64,000 bases of DNA from Phoronis australis. Its lineage: Eukaryota > Animalia > Phoronida. Both the position numbers and the translations under genes were made by a program. The stretch spans positions 749,499-813,498 of the forward strand of contig NMRA01000057.1 in assembly GCA_002633005.1 (NCBI GenBank), written 5' to 3'. Of this stretch, positions 21,546 to 34,712 are shown one piece after another (position 1 is the first letter of the stretch; each line of letters begins with the position of its first letter). The notes under the pieces were generated by a model that was not told the origin of the DNA, did no database searches, and worked only from the letters and a program-made list of their open reading frames with translations.

Positions 21546-24500
21546 CTGAAACGAACAAAAAACGATATTGTGAGTTAAAGGAGAATGCCACCTAAAAAAC
21601 AACCTATGTTGTATCAATTTAGATAGAGTAGTTCTACTCGATAACGGCACGTTCGATTGCGTTACCTGACACCTGACAGCAGACGGATGTCTTTAAATTA
21701 CCCAATGACGTAATTGGTTTCACACGCAGTCTGTTCAGCAGTTCACAAGTGGTGTCAGCTTATCGCTTGAATTCAACTTTTGTTTAACACCAATAAACAA
21801 TCAAACTTCGATGTAAAACCCTTAAAAATAAACAGAGTTCTTATAAAAACGTGTTGTTTTATTTCGCTGTTACGGATTTACTGATATTTGGACACGACGT
21901 AGCCTACAAAGTTCGGCAGGCCAATTTACCAAGGTCCGTAGCAGGAGTTTTGGAGTCTGTTCGGAGATAAATTCGAAGTATTCTTCCTTGAAATACAGAC
22001 AGGAAAACCTAGATCTATGTTCTAAACACACAAAACGCTTGTTATCCCGGCCAGTGGCTCGGAACCCGATCAGGCCCGTCGCGGCCGCCGGGACTTGCAT
22101 GAACATAAAACAGCTTGAGTTGGAAACTAAACCTCGCAGTCAAGACTATAACATAATAGTGAGCCAAAGAAATAATGTGCACGTACTTATTTATGTGAAT
22201 TAGCCACGAAACTGAAAATCTACTTAATTACTAGTCGGGGGCCGCGAAGTCGGGTTCCCCTTCCACTCACCGTTAGGGCAAAGGTTGTAGAGTAACAATG
22301 ATTTGAATAATGCATTTGTATTTCTAAATAAAGATTGCTTAAATCCATTTCTGCAGTGCAAAATAATTTTATGTATTGTATTCACTCATACTCATGAAGT
22401 AAATCATGGCATCTTATTGGAAGCCAATAATATCATGTTCGAACGATATATTATCAAGAACAAAATTGAAAAATTGCCGAAATTTCCGCAAAAGAAATCC
22501 TACAAATTAAGTCCTACATGTAAGTATTCCAGTGATGGAAAAATATGAATTCAAAGTTGCTATACCCTTATACTTGTTTTACAAACAAATAAACCGAGGA
22601 TTCATTACTGTAACACACCCAAAGTCTTTGTAACATCGTCGCTACTCAACTCACTTTGTTTGGCAATAACGCACGTGTGACTTCCCGGGGTGTTGATGCA
22701 CAGTTTGTCGTCACATTTACCATTATCAGAAGAGCATTCATCGACATCTGCAAGAAGAAACGTAACCCTTATTTGGCAAGACGGGAATATATCCCAACAG
22801 GTATTAGAACTCGTCTGTAAAGCGGCTGGCGGAGTTGAAGGTGTCGATGGAAACATTCACGCTTTATTGTCAGTAATTAAATGATTGCGTGTCAGGATAC
22901 GAATCGAAATTAAACAAGAGCAACGCGGAGCGTTGAAATGCGCCCACAATTGCACCGCATACGGTATCCTTCTAGGGTTGTTTATTGGTACCATAAATTG
23001 GCCAGTAGAGGGCATACTTTGCAAAATGGAAAGGCATGGTCATAGTCTCCTCAATAGGCTAGGGGCAAAATGTGAGTTATCTTCATAATACAANCGTATT
23101 CGTGCACGTGTGACTACATCCAGCATTTTTATCGTTGCATTCATCCATGTCTGGAAGAGAACAATTGAACTAGGTTCAGTTAGTCAGTCTGAAGACGCCA
23201 GACCCTGTCGTAAGATGAATACATGCACGTGTAGGCGAAATGGCGGCTTAAACTGAATTTTCAGATAGTCTACTCCAACGACAAAATCAGTTTTAGGGAC
23301 CGTGCCCATTTTGCTTCGGTAGACGAAACTGAAAAAATCTTCAGATCAAACAANAATGGAACATATGTGCCAAATTTCATGAACGTATGTCGAAGGGTTT
23401 TGGAGATAGAGCAGCGGACGCCGGACGCCGGACGGACGGACGGACGGACGGACGGACGGACGGACGGACAGAGATGACGGCATAATGCGTCCACATATAA
23501 ATATGTGGGCGCATAAAAAAAAGTAGAACAGCTGTAACGATAAATTTTGACAGGTTTCTCACCAATGCAAGACCGCTGATCTTTGCCTAGCGTGTACCCG
23601 GCAGGACAAGAGCACGTGAAACCACCCGCCGTATTCGTGCACGTGTGACTACATCCAGCATTTTTATCGTTGCATTCATCGATGTCTGAAAGAGAACAAT
23701 TGAACTAGGTTCAGTTAGTCAGTCTGAAGACGCCAGACCCTGTCGTAAGATGAATACATGCACGTGTAGGCGAAATGGCGGCTTAAACTGAATTTTCAGA
23801 TAGTCTACTCCAACGACAAAATCAGTTTTAGGGACCGTGCCCATTTTGCTTCGGTAGACGAAACTGAAAAAATCTTCAGATCAAACAAAGTGTAGTTGTA
23901 TTCATTGAAAGCTTGTAAATGTGGAAACAAAAATCTGGAAATATTAGTGACCTGTGCACTAATGTCGTACCTTGCTCGTATCGTGCACTGTTATTCCCCC
24001 ACACCACGTCACGATACCTACTGAACACGACTGAGTGATTTACAGCGTATCATTTCATATTTGCATCGTCGCTATATGTTGTGTTTCTCAAACTAATTTG
24101 GCGAAGCAACCACAAAAGACAAGGAGTTAGCCTGCAAGTTCCACTTTAAGGAATCTACGTAAAAATGCTCATATTTAGCTAAACACTAATTTGCTAAAGA
24201 GCTGTTTCAGACTGACCGACAAGTTAGCATCGACCGTTATGGTTGTGTTGCTCGGGGGTGAAACGAAATAGATCTTAGTCGATTCGAATCTGCATCAAAA
24301 TTCAAGATTTGTTTTGGCAAAAATGACAATTATCTGGTAGATTTTGGGAAAAAACCGTATGAATCAGAAGCAGGAAACAGGAAGCCATCAATTCTTGAAT
24401 GACATGTTCATTACACGACGGTCCTACATAAACAAAATTCTACACTTCGATTTGCAAATTGTCGGCTTCAAATCCGTAAGAGGCTCTCTTGCTCCTCGTC

Positions 24501-27500
24501 TGATAGGCTTCGCCTACGAATGAACTGATCTTTGCAGAAAGTCATGACTAACACGTACGTGTTCTGACGTTCGCTTGAATTCGGTACAACAGTACTGACG
24601 TGCCAGTTTTATTCCAGAATAACGTAAGAAAATGGAATAACCTCAGATATTGGTCACACCAATCAGACGCAAAACATACCATGACAAAGTTTGGCGTCAT
24701 TCGCAGCCAGCTTATAACCTTGAGGGCAAAGTTCTGTAACAGAAGTTTGCATAATAAGTAATTGTGCAAAGCAAGATTTCTTAAGACGATTATCACGTGG
24801 TAGAATGTGTTGATTATAAGTCTACTTTCTTCAAACACAGTTGTTCTTTGATGTGATATCAAACGTCATAAGAGGAGACTAGCGTTTAAATCCGTGCATT
24901 CAGGCAGTACGTCACGTGGGACCCCTATTTGATGAAAGAGTTTTCTGCTTGCAGTCGGCTCTTGTAATAAAAATTACATTGTCCTCAACACATGGCCTGT
25001 TCGTTATTGGAAGTCAAAATTATATTTATTTACACTTTACTTTAAATCAATGTATATTGTATTGCTTATTGCGACCTTTTCAAACGCAGTTTGCTGGGAA
25101 ACTAAATGTCTTTATATCTGTGTGCATTTGGTATAATCATGAATGAATCTAACACCTACTGTAATCAACGGTGTTGTCGGATGCTCCAGGACTTCCTCTG
25201 TCACCCTTTTCTCCTTTAGCACCTGCGTCACCCTTCGTTCCTGTAGGACCAGGTGGTCCAGATGCCCCGATGAGGCCCGGTGGTCCAGTTATGCTTATTC
25301 CGTCGTGGCCAGGTGGACCTTGTGGCCCGGGGTATCCTTGTGCACCACGTGGCCCGTGCGGACCGCGGAGACCTTGGTAACCTGGTGTACCAGGACTGCC
25401 GGGAACGCCTTGTTGCCCAATCGCGCCACGCGGGCCGATAGGACCAGGGGGGCCCACGGGACACTGAACTCTGCCTGCAAGACAACACAGGGCAAGCACG
25501 TGTAGGCTGCACAGCGTTGCAGAGAAAAGTTACTGCATGTAGGACAAGAGCAACGCAGAGCGTTGAAATGCGCCCACAATTGCACCCTATACGGTACCCT
25601 TCTAGGGTTGTTTATTGGTACCATAAAGTGGCCAGTAGAGGGCATATATGTAGTATATTGTACTTTGCAAAATGGAAAGGCATGGTCATTGTCTCCTCAA
25701 TAGGCTAGGGGCAAAATGTGAGTGATCTTCATAATACAAGCACATCCTATACATCAGTTGCTTAAAGCACCACAGAAACATAGAATTAAAAACAAATTTA
25801 CCAACATACGAGATTAGCACAGCATTAGAATGCCAGAAACAAATTTCTACTTATAAATATGCGGGCGCATAAAAATGTACGTGTAGAAATGTAAAGAAAG
25901 TATTGCTTGGCTGTAGGTTTTACAGTATTATAGGGTTCCACTTACAAGAAGATTTGCGCAGAATTTTGCGTGAAGTTTTGAGAACAGCCAATGAGTGAAC
26001 AATTCGCAATGGGTTATGGACGCAACGAAGGATTCCAAATCTTTTGATAGCGAATGACATGTTGTTAAACCTATTATCCAGTTATCGTGGCTTCGGTGTA
26101 AGAGAGGAGACATTAGGCATTCAAGCCTTTCAAAAATAAAAGCTTACATTGTTCGTTGTTTGTGCTGTTGGTCTTGTCTTTAGATTGCGGTGTGGGAGGG
26201 TTCGGGTTGAAATAGGCACAATCCTCCTCTGAGATCCCATCTTGGTCGTCGTCTTGAAAATGGAAAGCATAATTCCGGGTTATCTTCATTTTTTTAAAGT
26301 CCGGATTGCATATAAAAAGTGAGACAGAAATAAAACTAATAATAGAATTACATGCCAATTGGGGACAATAGGAAAATTATGAAATTGGTACATGTCCGAT
26401 AATTTTCCAAAAAAGTTTAAATTTGTTCACGTCAAAAATGGGCTTAATGTCTGAGCAACAGTTTGCGATTGACTTCTCAATGATTTAGTACTATTTTTTG
26501 TCTGGTTTGGAAAACTACTACCTTTCGGGAAAGGCTGCTTACCCTTTCCAAGATTTTCGCGAGTACATAGTTCTTCGTCAATTCTGCCGTCACAGTCGTT
26601 GTCAATGCCATCGCCAGCAAAAGTTGGAGTAGGAGTACAGGGCTGCGAGAGTACATAGCACACACAGATCAAAAGGGCAGGGCAATAAGTTACAAAAGTA
26701 AAAGTGGTGTTGTTAATACCCTTATAATTTGGCAAGATGGGTAGCTTAACAGTTTCTATTACAAGTACGCATGTTCTTGAAGACCTTATACACTTAGTAG
26801 TATAAGGATGTTTTCAAATGACGTCTTCCTGGACTATTCCGTAACCAACAATTAGGAATAGATCGACACCTCTCCGTCTTGTGTGCGAAATTGACTACAT
26901 TGTGCATTTAAGTTGCAAACAGAAAACATCTGTCTGATCTTGTTTTAACCATTTTTAACAAAAAGTACAATTCGTCAACTCACTGCATTGATCCGTGCAA
27001 GCCTCATGCCTGCGGCAAATCCGTAGCTTTCCCTGTCGGCACTTCCGTAAATGAAAAGTCCAAAGGTCACAGTTGGATCCGAATGACGAATGGCGTGTAC
27101 TCCCTCATTGATGTGGAACGACGTGCCCAGCCAGTCAGTATCAGCGATTGGATTCCACGTCGATCTAGCTCTTTCGATTGGAAGACCGTTCCACATGAGT
27201 CCTGCGATACTGTAACGCCTAGCCGTTATCATGACGTAGTTTCGATAAGATCCCAGTGAGTACCGTGTCGTCGAAAATATGTAGCTGCTCGCGTACTGCT
27301 GGATGGACGGGAAAATAATCATTGTTGGATCACCCCTCCTCTCGTACGGAGCTTGGCTGAGGCTAATTTGGACGACAAGTATCGGTTTGTTGGACGAAAT
27401 GAACGCACACCTAGTAGACGATGCGTGCTTCTGGATGAAACTTCCTGCTTTAGAAATATGCATAGTTTTGTTTTCGCCAACACCCATGTTGGTAATTGGC

Positions 27501-30500
27501 TCGTAAGTGGTGCCAGAATTGGTCATGGTGACGTAGGTGTCGTCTTCACTGGCAATAATGCGAAAGTAGTCACCGGTGATGCGCTCCGGTATTGGACACG
27601 TCAGGAACGTCTTCCCCCACGAGTCGACGGGAGGCAAATGTACAACAAGATGATCACGAGAAGGTCCGGTATTCACGTTTGTTCTTATGTTGCCGCTAAA
27701 GACAGAGATCGGCTTGCTTGACTGTATATATGTTCCAGTTAGGTCCCCATTACTCTGCACCTGCAAGGTTTGAAAACGATCCAATCGCACTTGGATTATG
27801 TCACCATTCCTGTATCTGCGTTTATTGTATGTAACTGTTAACACCGTGGTGCTGGGTAAATTAATATTTACTTCAGTTCCGTCATATACGCCGACGACAG
27901 CCAGTTGACATTTCAAGTGCGGGGGGTAATACGAAACTGTATAGTACTTAGTACCCAACGTGTCCGTTGGCAGAGCAAGAAAGGCGTCGTTAGAGTATGT
28001 CTCGCGATTTACACCAAACGCAACAATGTCTCCAGATGCTGTCACATGTATTGCTTTGTTACTTAGCGACGTGTCTTGCATGCGCAGTGTGTGCGGGATG
28101 TCAATGCGGTGCACTCGGCCAAACGGCACGGTGACTGTCACGTTGAAATTGGGGTCATAAAGCGGTATAGTAACTATGACTGTGACTGGCTCAACTTGTA
28201 AGTTTGTAACAAAAAGCTCCAGGGGTCCAAAGTTGGGCATCTCTACGCGGTTGTCCATGTACGCGATTACAAAGTCGGTGCTCTCCGTGTCAGGTCCGCC
28301 TACAAGAAGGTACATCCGAATCAATCACTTGTTGTCTATTTATACGCAGCAAATAACCATCTATGGGAAAAGGGTCGTTTTTTCGAAATGTGAGCACATT
28401 TGATTTACCATTAAAATGCTTCAACTTTTTCAAACTATAATTAATAAAACTAACAATTCTTCAAACCGGATGTTTGACACAGTGGGCAATCTCCTATTTT
28501 TAGCTCAGTTTTCTCGCTTTTCGGCTCAGCACATTAACCGAAAAACCTTTTTCAGATTGTCTGAAGCAATTAGAAAACGGGTAATAGAAGTGACATGCAA
28601 CAGCGATGAAGTTGATCCGACAGTGTGTCAGCATTGTGTGAAATTCTCACAGTGTTACAGTCAATTTATTTCGTTTTATATAAAAAAGTTCTTGTTATGA
28701 CATGCATATGATTATCGTCGGTGATTTGGTTGAGCAACAGCAGAAGGAGAGCTGTGAACTGCGCTAAAAACATGAGGTGACGGACAGCTGAGCAGACTCT
28801 CAGTTAAAGACGAAAATATTGGGATAAATTTGCAGTTATTCATTCATCTGTTGCATTTTCGTGCCTCAAAGTGAGCCGTCAACAACTACAGTTCGCTTCA
28901 TGCAAACAGCTCAGCTTGTAGTTTTAAGTCTACTGTGGCCCTGGGGCACTCACTGGTATCCTATTAAGTAGAAGTCCGACTAGTTACCAAACAGAACAAA
29001 TGTTGCGGACCAGCTTGCTGTACACGCTCATATACCTCAAGTCCAGTTTTTGGAAACAGTCATATTTACATAATTGTTACGTTCGCATTTGGCCGGCAGT
29101 TTTTAACAGTCACACGTTACTAGGCGTGTGTCGTGTAGCCCTAAACTTGCAGTTGGTCGTGGCGGCCTTGCCCTTACCTGGTCTTTCAGGAGTAGGGGTG
29201 CCCTTGGCGCAATCCTCTTCGAACCGTCCGTCGCCATCGTCATCCTTTCCCATATGTTCTGCGTTGCACAGCTCCTCATCTATACGTCCGTCACAGTCGT
29301 TATCGATACCGTCGCCGACAACACTGACTGACACAATACAGGGCTGGAAAACAGTCTCTTCGGATCATTTCAAGATCGCATGTCATAAGCTTTGCTCTAT
29401 AGGAAGAGCAGCAGCGACTGCATGGCTGATATTCAAATGTATAAGGAGTTTTGCAGTCAGTAGTGAAAGAAGCTAGGCTGCAAGCGGAGTGATTGATTAA
29501 AGACCTGAACATTCCCGATTGAAGACCATCGTGACATGACATTTATTTTCTCGAATTTGATAATATACTTTTCACATACTATGTTACGCTTTCAAATTTT
29601 AAAAATCCGAAAGTACTTCACCAGACATGTACAGAGAAATATGAACCTTAATCTACCAAACCATTGACGAAAAATCCACTATACCTGGTTTATCTTTGCC
29701 AACCGCATGCCAACCTGAAATGCGTAAGACTCTCTGTCGGCCGCGCCATACACAAATGCACCAAATATAACAATTGGTGTTATATGTTTGACGACATGGG
29801 CGCCTTCGCCTATCGACAGCGACGTTCCCACATACTCTGTGCCCGTGATGGCGTGCCACGTGGTATTTGGAGGCAGCCTTTTGCCATCAAGTCTCAGACC
29901 GTCTGTTTGTGAAGCTTTGATGACAACCGTGAAGTAGTTCTTGTACGATCCCAAGGAATATTTTGTAGTGGCGAAAGTGTAGTCAGCAGCATACTGGGCG
30001 ACAGATGGCACAATGATCATAGTTGGATCTGATGGCTCGTCTTGTGTCATTTGACTTTTTGATATTTGAACTACCAAGATAGGCTTGTCTGCATCGATAA
30101 ATCCGTACTCAGTGGAGCCAAACTCCACCTGCGCAAAGGAACCTCCCAGATCTAGTCTTAGGGTTTGCTTTCCAGATATTTTAACTGTTGTATTGGGTTC
30201 GCTTGCTACAGTGTAAAATATGTCGCCTATAGTTCTCCGCGGTATTGGAACTGTTGGAAATTTAAGTCCCCATGCTTCTACTGGGGGTAGCTGAACCACT
30301 ATGTGGTCACGTGATGGTCCGTCGCCAACATTTGTTCGAAGATTTCCACTGAAGACCGCGATCGGCTTGTTGCCCAGGATGTGGGTTCCTGTTAAGTCGC
30401 CAACAGTTTGGGCTTGAAAAGTATCAAATTTGTTGAGATGAAGGGTTATGTTTTCACTGTTACGGTAAACCTTGCCGTTGAAGTTAACTAGTACAGATTT

Positions 30501-33500
30501 TTTTGTCGTATCAAGTGGCGGAAGAGTGATGGTCACGGCGGTGTCGTTGAATGCCGCTGCAATCGCGAACTGAGTCTTGTATTTGGGAGGATAGTAAGTC
30601 ACTGCATAATATTCACGACCAATGGTGTCTGTTGGAATTGCAAGGAATGCGTCACTGGAGTATTTTTCCTTATTAACGCCATATACAACTATCTCATCGG
30701 TAGCGAGGACACACAAAGCGCGAGTGTTCAACATGGTACCTTTAAGCCGAAAGTCAGCGGGGACAAGAAACTTCTTTACAATGCCGGCAGTGACGACGTC
30801 CTGCAGAAAAAGTTTCTCACCTTTCCAAAGTGGAGCAGACACGTTGACCTAGTGTGTAAACGGAAGAAATTCATTATCTGTAGAATTTATACCTTAGGTA
30901 GATAGTGTCGAGCTTACTCGAACTAACAACTCAGACGAGTAATTTCGCAATGCTTGCCAAAATTCGAATCGCTAAGATTAATCACAAATGCAACTTTGCA
31001 CTTTGCTTCAAAACGCGATTGTCAAGGTGCTTAAATGGCAATATGCTACTTAATTAACAAAAGTATAAATTTTCATATTACGTTTGTCAGCCATGCTATG
31101 CGGCTTAAATTTTTTTTACGTGTACCGCCTCAGTGTGAAAACCGATCATGTTATGTTATAAGTAAAGGTATAAGTTTACGTAATAGTTTTTAATGGGTTC
31201 TAAAACCATTATTACACGAATAACCTCAAAAAACCACACTGTTTAAAAAGAACGTTAATTTGCAGAGGATAATTCCGTCGCATTTATGTTGACAGATACG
31301 CACAGCAACCACAGATTTGAGGGCTAATCGCCTGCACATTTTTAGATTCTTTTAGATTTTTCTAAAAAGAGACAATAACTCTGCGCTTTTTGTATACGAC
31401 CAATTATCCCTCATCTTATTCAGTTCTCAAATTAGAAACGATTCCCAGTGTTGTGAAAAACCAACAGCGTCGTTGCTCCAGAACAAGCTCAAAGATTTGT
31501 TTGTCTCGGCTGATTAGCTTTAGACGCTAATTCCAGTCGATTTCAATCCAAACAAAGGGCAAGAAAGCGTAACGTTGCTTTTGGAGAGCAAATACGCAAC
31601 CAAATAAAGTTCAAATACTTTTTTTACAAAATGCATTCGACGTTTGTACAAGTTAAGCTACACCGTATTCTGACCAAAACAAACTTCTTGAAAGAAGACC
31701 TACGGTGCAGAAATGCGATTTTTTGTCTAAGCTATTGGCGACATGTAGCATAAACCAAAAAAGTATTTTTTCGAATGTTCGATATTCTATCAACTTACGG
31801 TTACGTTGTATGTCTTCGGCGTAGTCACAAATATTTCTAGCGGAAGGTTCTTGGGTTCTTCTACAACATTGTCCATGAAGACAACGACAAACTCTACCCC
31901 AGCATTGTCAGGGGCTCCTGCAATAGACGGGAGACAGATGGTGGTCAAATAATAGAAGATTCGGTGCAAGGATCATTTAAAACGAGGCTATGAGCGAACT
32001 GACGTCATAACCACGTTTCTATGGGCCAATTTTAAGGACTTATGGACGACGTCGACGAATGTAGGCCTTTTCAGATTTGGTTTTCGGGAGTGACGTACAC
32101 TGTATGAAGATACGTGATATCCGGTCTGAAACCTCAGAACGTTCCGGGATTGGCAAGTGGTCTGAACGACTTACTGCATTTCAGTTTAACTGAACGCATA
32201 CATCCGCAGATGGCATCTGTCTGTTCGCAATATACTACTACCATATGGCTAAAATTGATGTTTTGACCAGTTGCTCTGCTTTATCAGTTTCTGAATGCAG
32301 TGCCTGTTATTTAGAAGAAAATCAGACGAAATTATGACTTAGCATAAGACCAAAACCTTGTCTAAGTAAGACCGAAATTTGGACTAAATCAATACCGAAG
32401 ACAAAAGACATTTTCGTGAATACAAACGCTGTTTTTCGGGCTATGGTCTTAACTCGGACCGAAATTAGCCGGTTTTTGCGGTAGTGGGCGTACTAACTAC
32501 GCTTTCGCCACCTGTTGCACATTCTCAAAACTACACAAGGTGATGTGCGAAATCCAATTTCAAGTAAGCCTATGCTGTTGGGAACTTATTGACTACATTT
32601 TGAACGCAGTTGGCTTCTGGTATACTTGAGACGGCCCTTATATAGGAGTGGGAGACTTCATAACTTCGGATGAGCAGGTAAGTCAACTTCTTTGTCGCCG
32701 ATATGGCCAGTACTTTGCCGGTTCTCGGATCGAAAGCAGACGATTTTCAAATTGACCTTGCTTGGGGGCCATCGCATTTTCTTGCGAAATATCCTAGAGG
32801 AGGTACCATTTTACTGTATAATACAACGAAAATATAAAAATCGGCATTGAAACGCTGTTCAAAGTCTTCTAGTAGTGGAATCCAGAAAATTTGAGCAGCA
32901 CCCGAGCACTCGGCGTGCATTCGAGCTTAGAATGAAACGACCCTAAATGCGTCGCCATTGTTGTTTTTCATCATTTTTTAAAGAAAATGGAACCTGAGTG
33001 ACGATGGAAAAACAGAAGCTGCTGGTAAGATGTGAATTTTAATCGAAGCCTTAGTGAATCACTCCGAAACTCATTAATTCTCTCTTTGTCAAACCTTAAC
33101 TTAAGACGATTTCCAAAGCAATCCCGTCATTATTGCCAACACGAAAAACGGATTTGGTCTTTTGGGCATTTGAAGACTATTTTAAATACAACAAATTTGT
33201 TAAGAACCGATTGCACAAAATATAAAACGTGTAATAAGCATAACAAAAAGAAGTACGTTTCGCGCGCAAACGCTGTGGACCATAAACAAGTAGGTCTCTC
33301 AGTTCAAGATTATTAGTGAAATCGTGGTGGTGTAGTGGCAAAGCACGCGCGTCCTATCAGCCAGGTCGTGAGTTCGTAGTCTGTGAAGGTCGTAATTTCC
33401 TGTTTTTTTTTTCTTTTTTTCTTGGATAATACATCAGAAATCAAGGAAAATGCTCGATTTTTAGAGGAAAAAACAAAAATTTCGTGAGCGGGATGGGGGC

Positions 33501-33871
33501 AAACCCCCCTTACGACCTCCCCCATTCGGTGCTATGCGCATCTACAGTCGTGGTTTGCGCAAATGCTTACAGCCGGACAAGATGTTGGGCCCCCCTTGTG
33601 ATATCCTAGATCCGCCACTGTTAATATGCATACTACCTACACTAACAACAGAAACCTCAAATCTTAACTATGGAATATCAACAACTGGCTTAGCTCGTGT
33701 AGATTTTTATTGGAAGATTTGTGGTTATACTACAATAAGTGCATGTAAATAATATAATACCCGAACAGAGGCAGGTTATGTCCATAAGTATATGGTGCAC
33801 AGCTTACCGTGAAAATCGCCGGAAACAGATACCAACATGTGCAACAAAAAGGACAGGAGTAACGACATCAT
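21235..33871 (-). CDS. Gene A, about 1262 aa: signal peptide - IgGFc-binding (FCGBP N-term) - acidic Cys module - IgGFc-binding - acidic Cys module - collagen - truncated cbEGF - TM - tail. Exons: 33871-33808, 31917-31799, 30848-29685, 29343-29178, 28299-26984, 26642-26543, 26252-26148, 25474-25160, 22747-22619, 21545-21235
   Basis: Ten exons with GT-AG boundaries sum to 3789 nt in one open frame ending in TAG. Domain motifs are visible in each exon. The donors at 25160 and 22619 are the least certain. Confidence 0.82.
21575..22341 (-). mobile_element. Dispersed repeat of about 770-850 bp, possibly Kolobok-like non-autonomous element
   Basis: Reverse-complement match to 50931-51780 and 52620-53465; terminus ttaa|aggagaatgccacc. 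Confidence 0.65.
22619..22747 (-). CDS. Gene A exon 9, truncated (4-Cys) calcium-binding EGF-like module
   Basis: [25 protein letters not shown], with no further Cys before the donor. Confidence 0.82.
22912..23521 (-). mobile_element. HINE/DINE-1-like element, interrupted by an N-bounded segment at 23094-23354
   Basis: Subterminal IRs atgcgcccaca/tgtgggcgcat, short stem-loop caacgc-gga-gcgttg, (GGAC)n microsatellite and terminal hairpin. Shorter copy at 25544-25875. Confidence 0.7.
23889..24150. repeat. Intronic repeat shared with 61200-61510 and 62147-62455
   Basis: Shared core gttattcccc.acaccac.tcacgata...gagtg.tttac in all three places. Confidence 0.8.
25160..25474 (-). CDS. Gene A exon 8, collagen domain (18 + 12 Gly-X-Y triplets, one interruption)
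   Basis: CRVQCPV followed by GPPGPIGPR...GDRGSPGAS. Confidence 0.9.
25544..25875 (-). mobile_element. Internally deleted copy of the HINE-like element
   Basis: 25544-25739 matches 22914-23093; ends tataaatatgcgggcgcataaaaa. Confidence 0.65.
26148..26252 (-). CDS. Gene A exon 7, second half of acidic module and linker
   Basis: [23 protein letters not shown]...; phase 1 at both ends. Confidence 0.82.
26543..26642 (-). CDS. Gene A exon 6, first half of second acidic module
   Basis: [33 protein letters not shown]. Confidence 0.87.
26984..28299 (-). CDS. Gene A exon 5, IgGFc-binding domain 2
   Basis: Motifs [50 protein letters not shown] and [11 protein letters not shown]. Confidence 0.9.
29178..29343 (-). 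CDS. Gene A exon 4, acidic Cys-rich module (MopE-like putative metal-binding motif)
   Basis: [47 protein letters not shown]. Confidence 0.87.
29685..30848 (-). CDS. Gene A exon 3, IgGFc-binding (FCGBP N-terminal-like) domain 1
   Basis: Motifs [63 protein letters not shown] and [11 protein letters not shown]. Confidence 0.9.
31799..31917 (-). CDS. Gene A exon 2, start of first IgGFc-binding domain
   Basis: [34 protein letters not shown] is paralogous to [33 protein letters not shown] in exon 5. Confidence 0.85.
32965..33620 (-). mobile_element. Partial inverted copy of the ~1-kb CAGTGGCGGATC-terminated element
   Basis: Reverse-complement match to 49823-50490 and 58119-58790. Confidence 0.8.
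33808..33871 (-). CDS. Gene A exon 1, signal peptide [21 protein letters not shown]
   Basis: Hydrophobic N-terminus with a VSG cleavage-like site; G|GTAAGC phase-1 donor; ttgcag acceptor at 33895. Confidence 0.72.
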
Positions 33872-34557
33872 ATCCGGAATTGGAAATAAGCTGCCTGCAA
33901 TCAAGAAATCAAGGTGGTTATGTTTACGTATATTTGAAATAGCTTAAATTCCGAAACTAGGCAAAGATAAAAAGTATGGGCTATGAAAGGCGTCCAAAAG
34001 ATAGGAACAACCGCGGGAGTAGTGTTGAAAGTCATCAGTATTGCAGGCGTGTGTTCCATAGACCCGAAGAAGAAACTCGCGGAAACGCAAGACTCCGCAC
34101 TTCTTAATAATCTTTTCACGTTACCAAAGATTAGTAAAATGCGAGTCTAGATAATTTGCAGCCATTTAATTGCAACCAGCAAAATCATGTTGTTGACATA
34201 TGGTGATCGACAGAACGTTTTTGTGCAAATCAGACGAGCAGCTTCATGTCTAAAAACCATTTTAAACAAAAAAAGTATATTTAAAGCTGTATTTCGACCT
34301 ATTTAACTGGCTGAAAACCGAAAAAGGAAATTAAGACATTTCACTCTCATAAAACGCACGCCCTGTAATAACTAGGGCTCTATTTCCGTTTCCTAGTCAA
34401 CAAACAGACAGTGCGTACATGCACCGTTTTCGCAATGTTAGTCTTGGTCAACCCCCCATGTAAACACGTTACGTGTCTTATCAACCGCAATAAAATCTGA
34501 AGCAGTACAAGATTTAGTGTTATTGTTGGTAATGGATTTAGAATCCAGTTATTGACC

Positions 34558-34712
34558 CATGGGCGACGCACCATAGGGTCGGCTGGAAGGGGGGGGGGCT
34601 GTAACCCCCCGGCCACTCTTTTAGTGCGCTGCCGCCCATGGTCCATGGGCGGTGCACCACAAGGGAGCTGGGGGCTATAGCCCCCACATTTTTCAGTGCT
34701 GCGCCGCCCATG
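34558..34712. mobile_element. Dimeric mini-MITE, inverted relative of 20085-20232
   Basis: Two catgggcg...cgcccatg units in tandem. Confidence 0.62.

Noticed and set aside
25143-25512. Plus-strand and alternate-frame Pro/Gly-rich ORFs over collagen exons (also 46984-47653 and 60416-60724)
   Set aside because: These are antisense or frame shadows of Gly-X-Y coding sequence.
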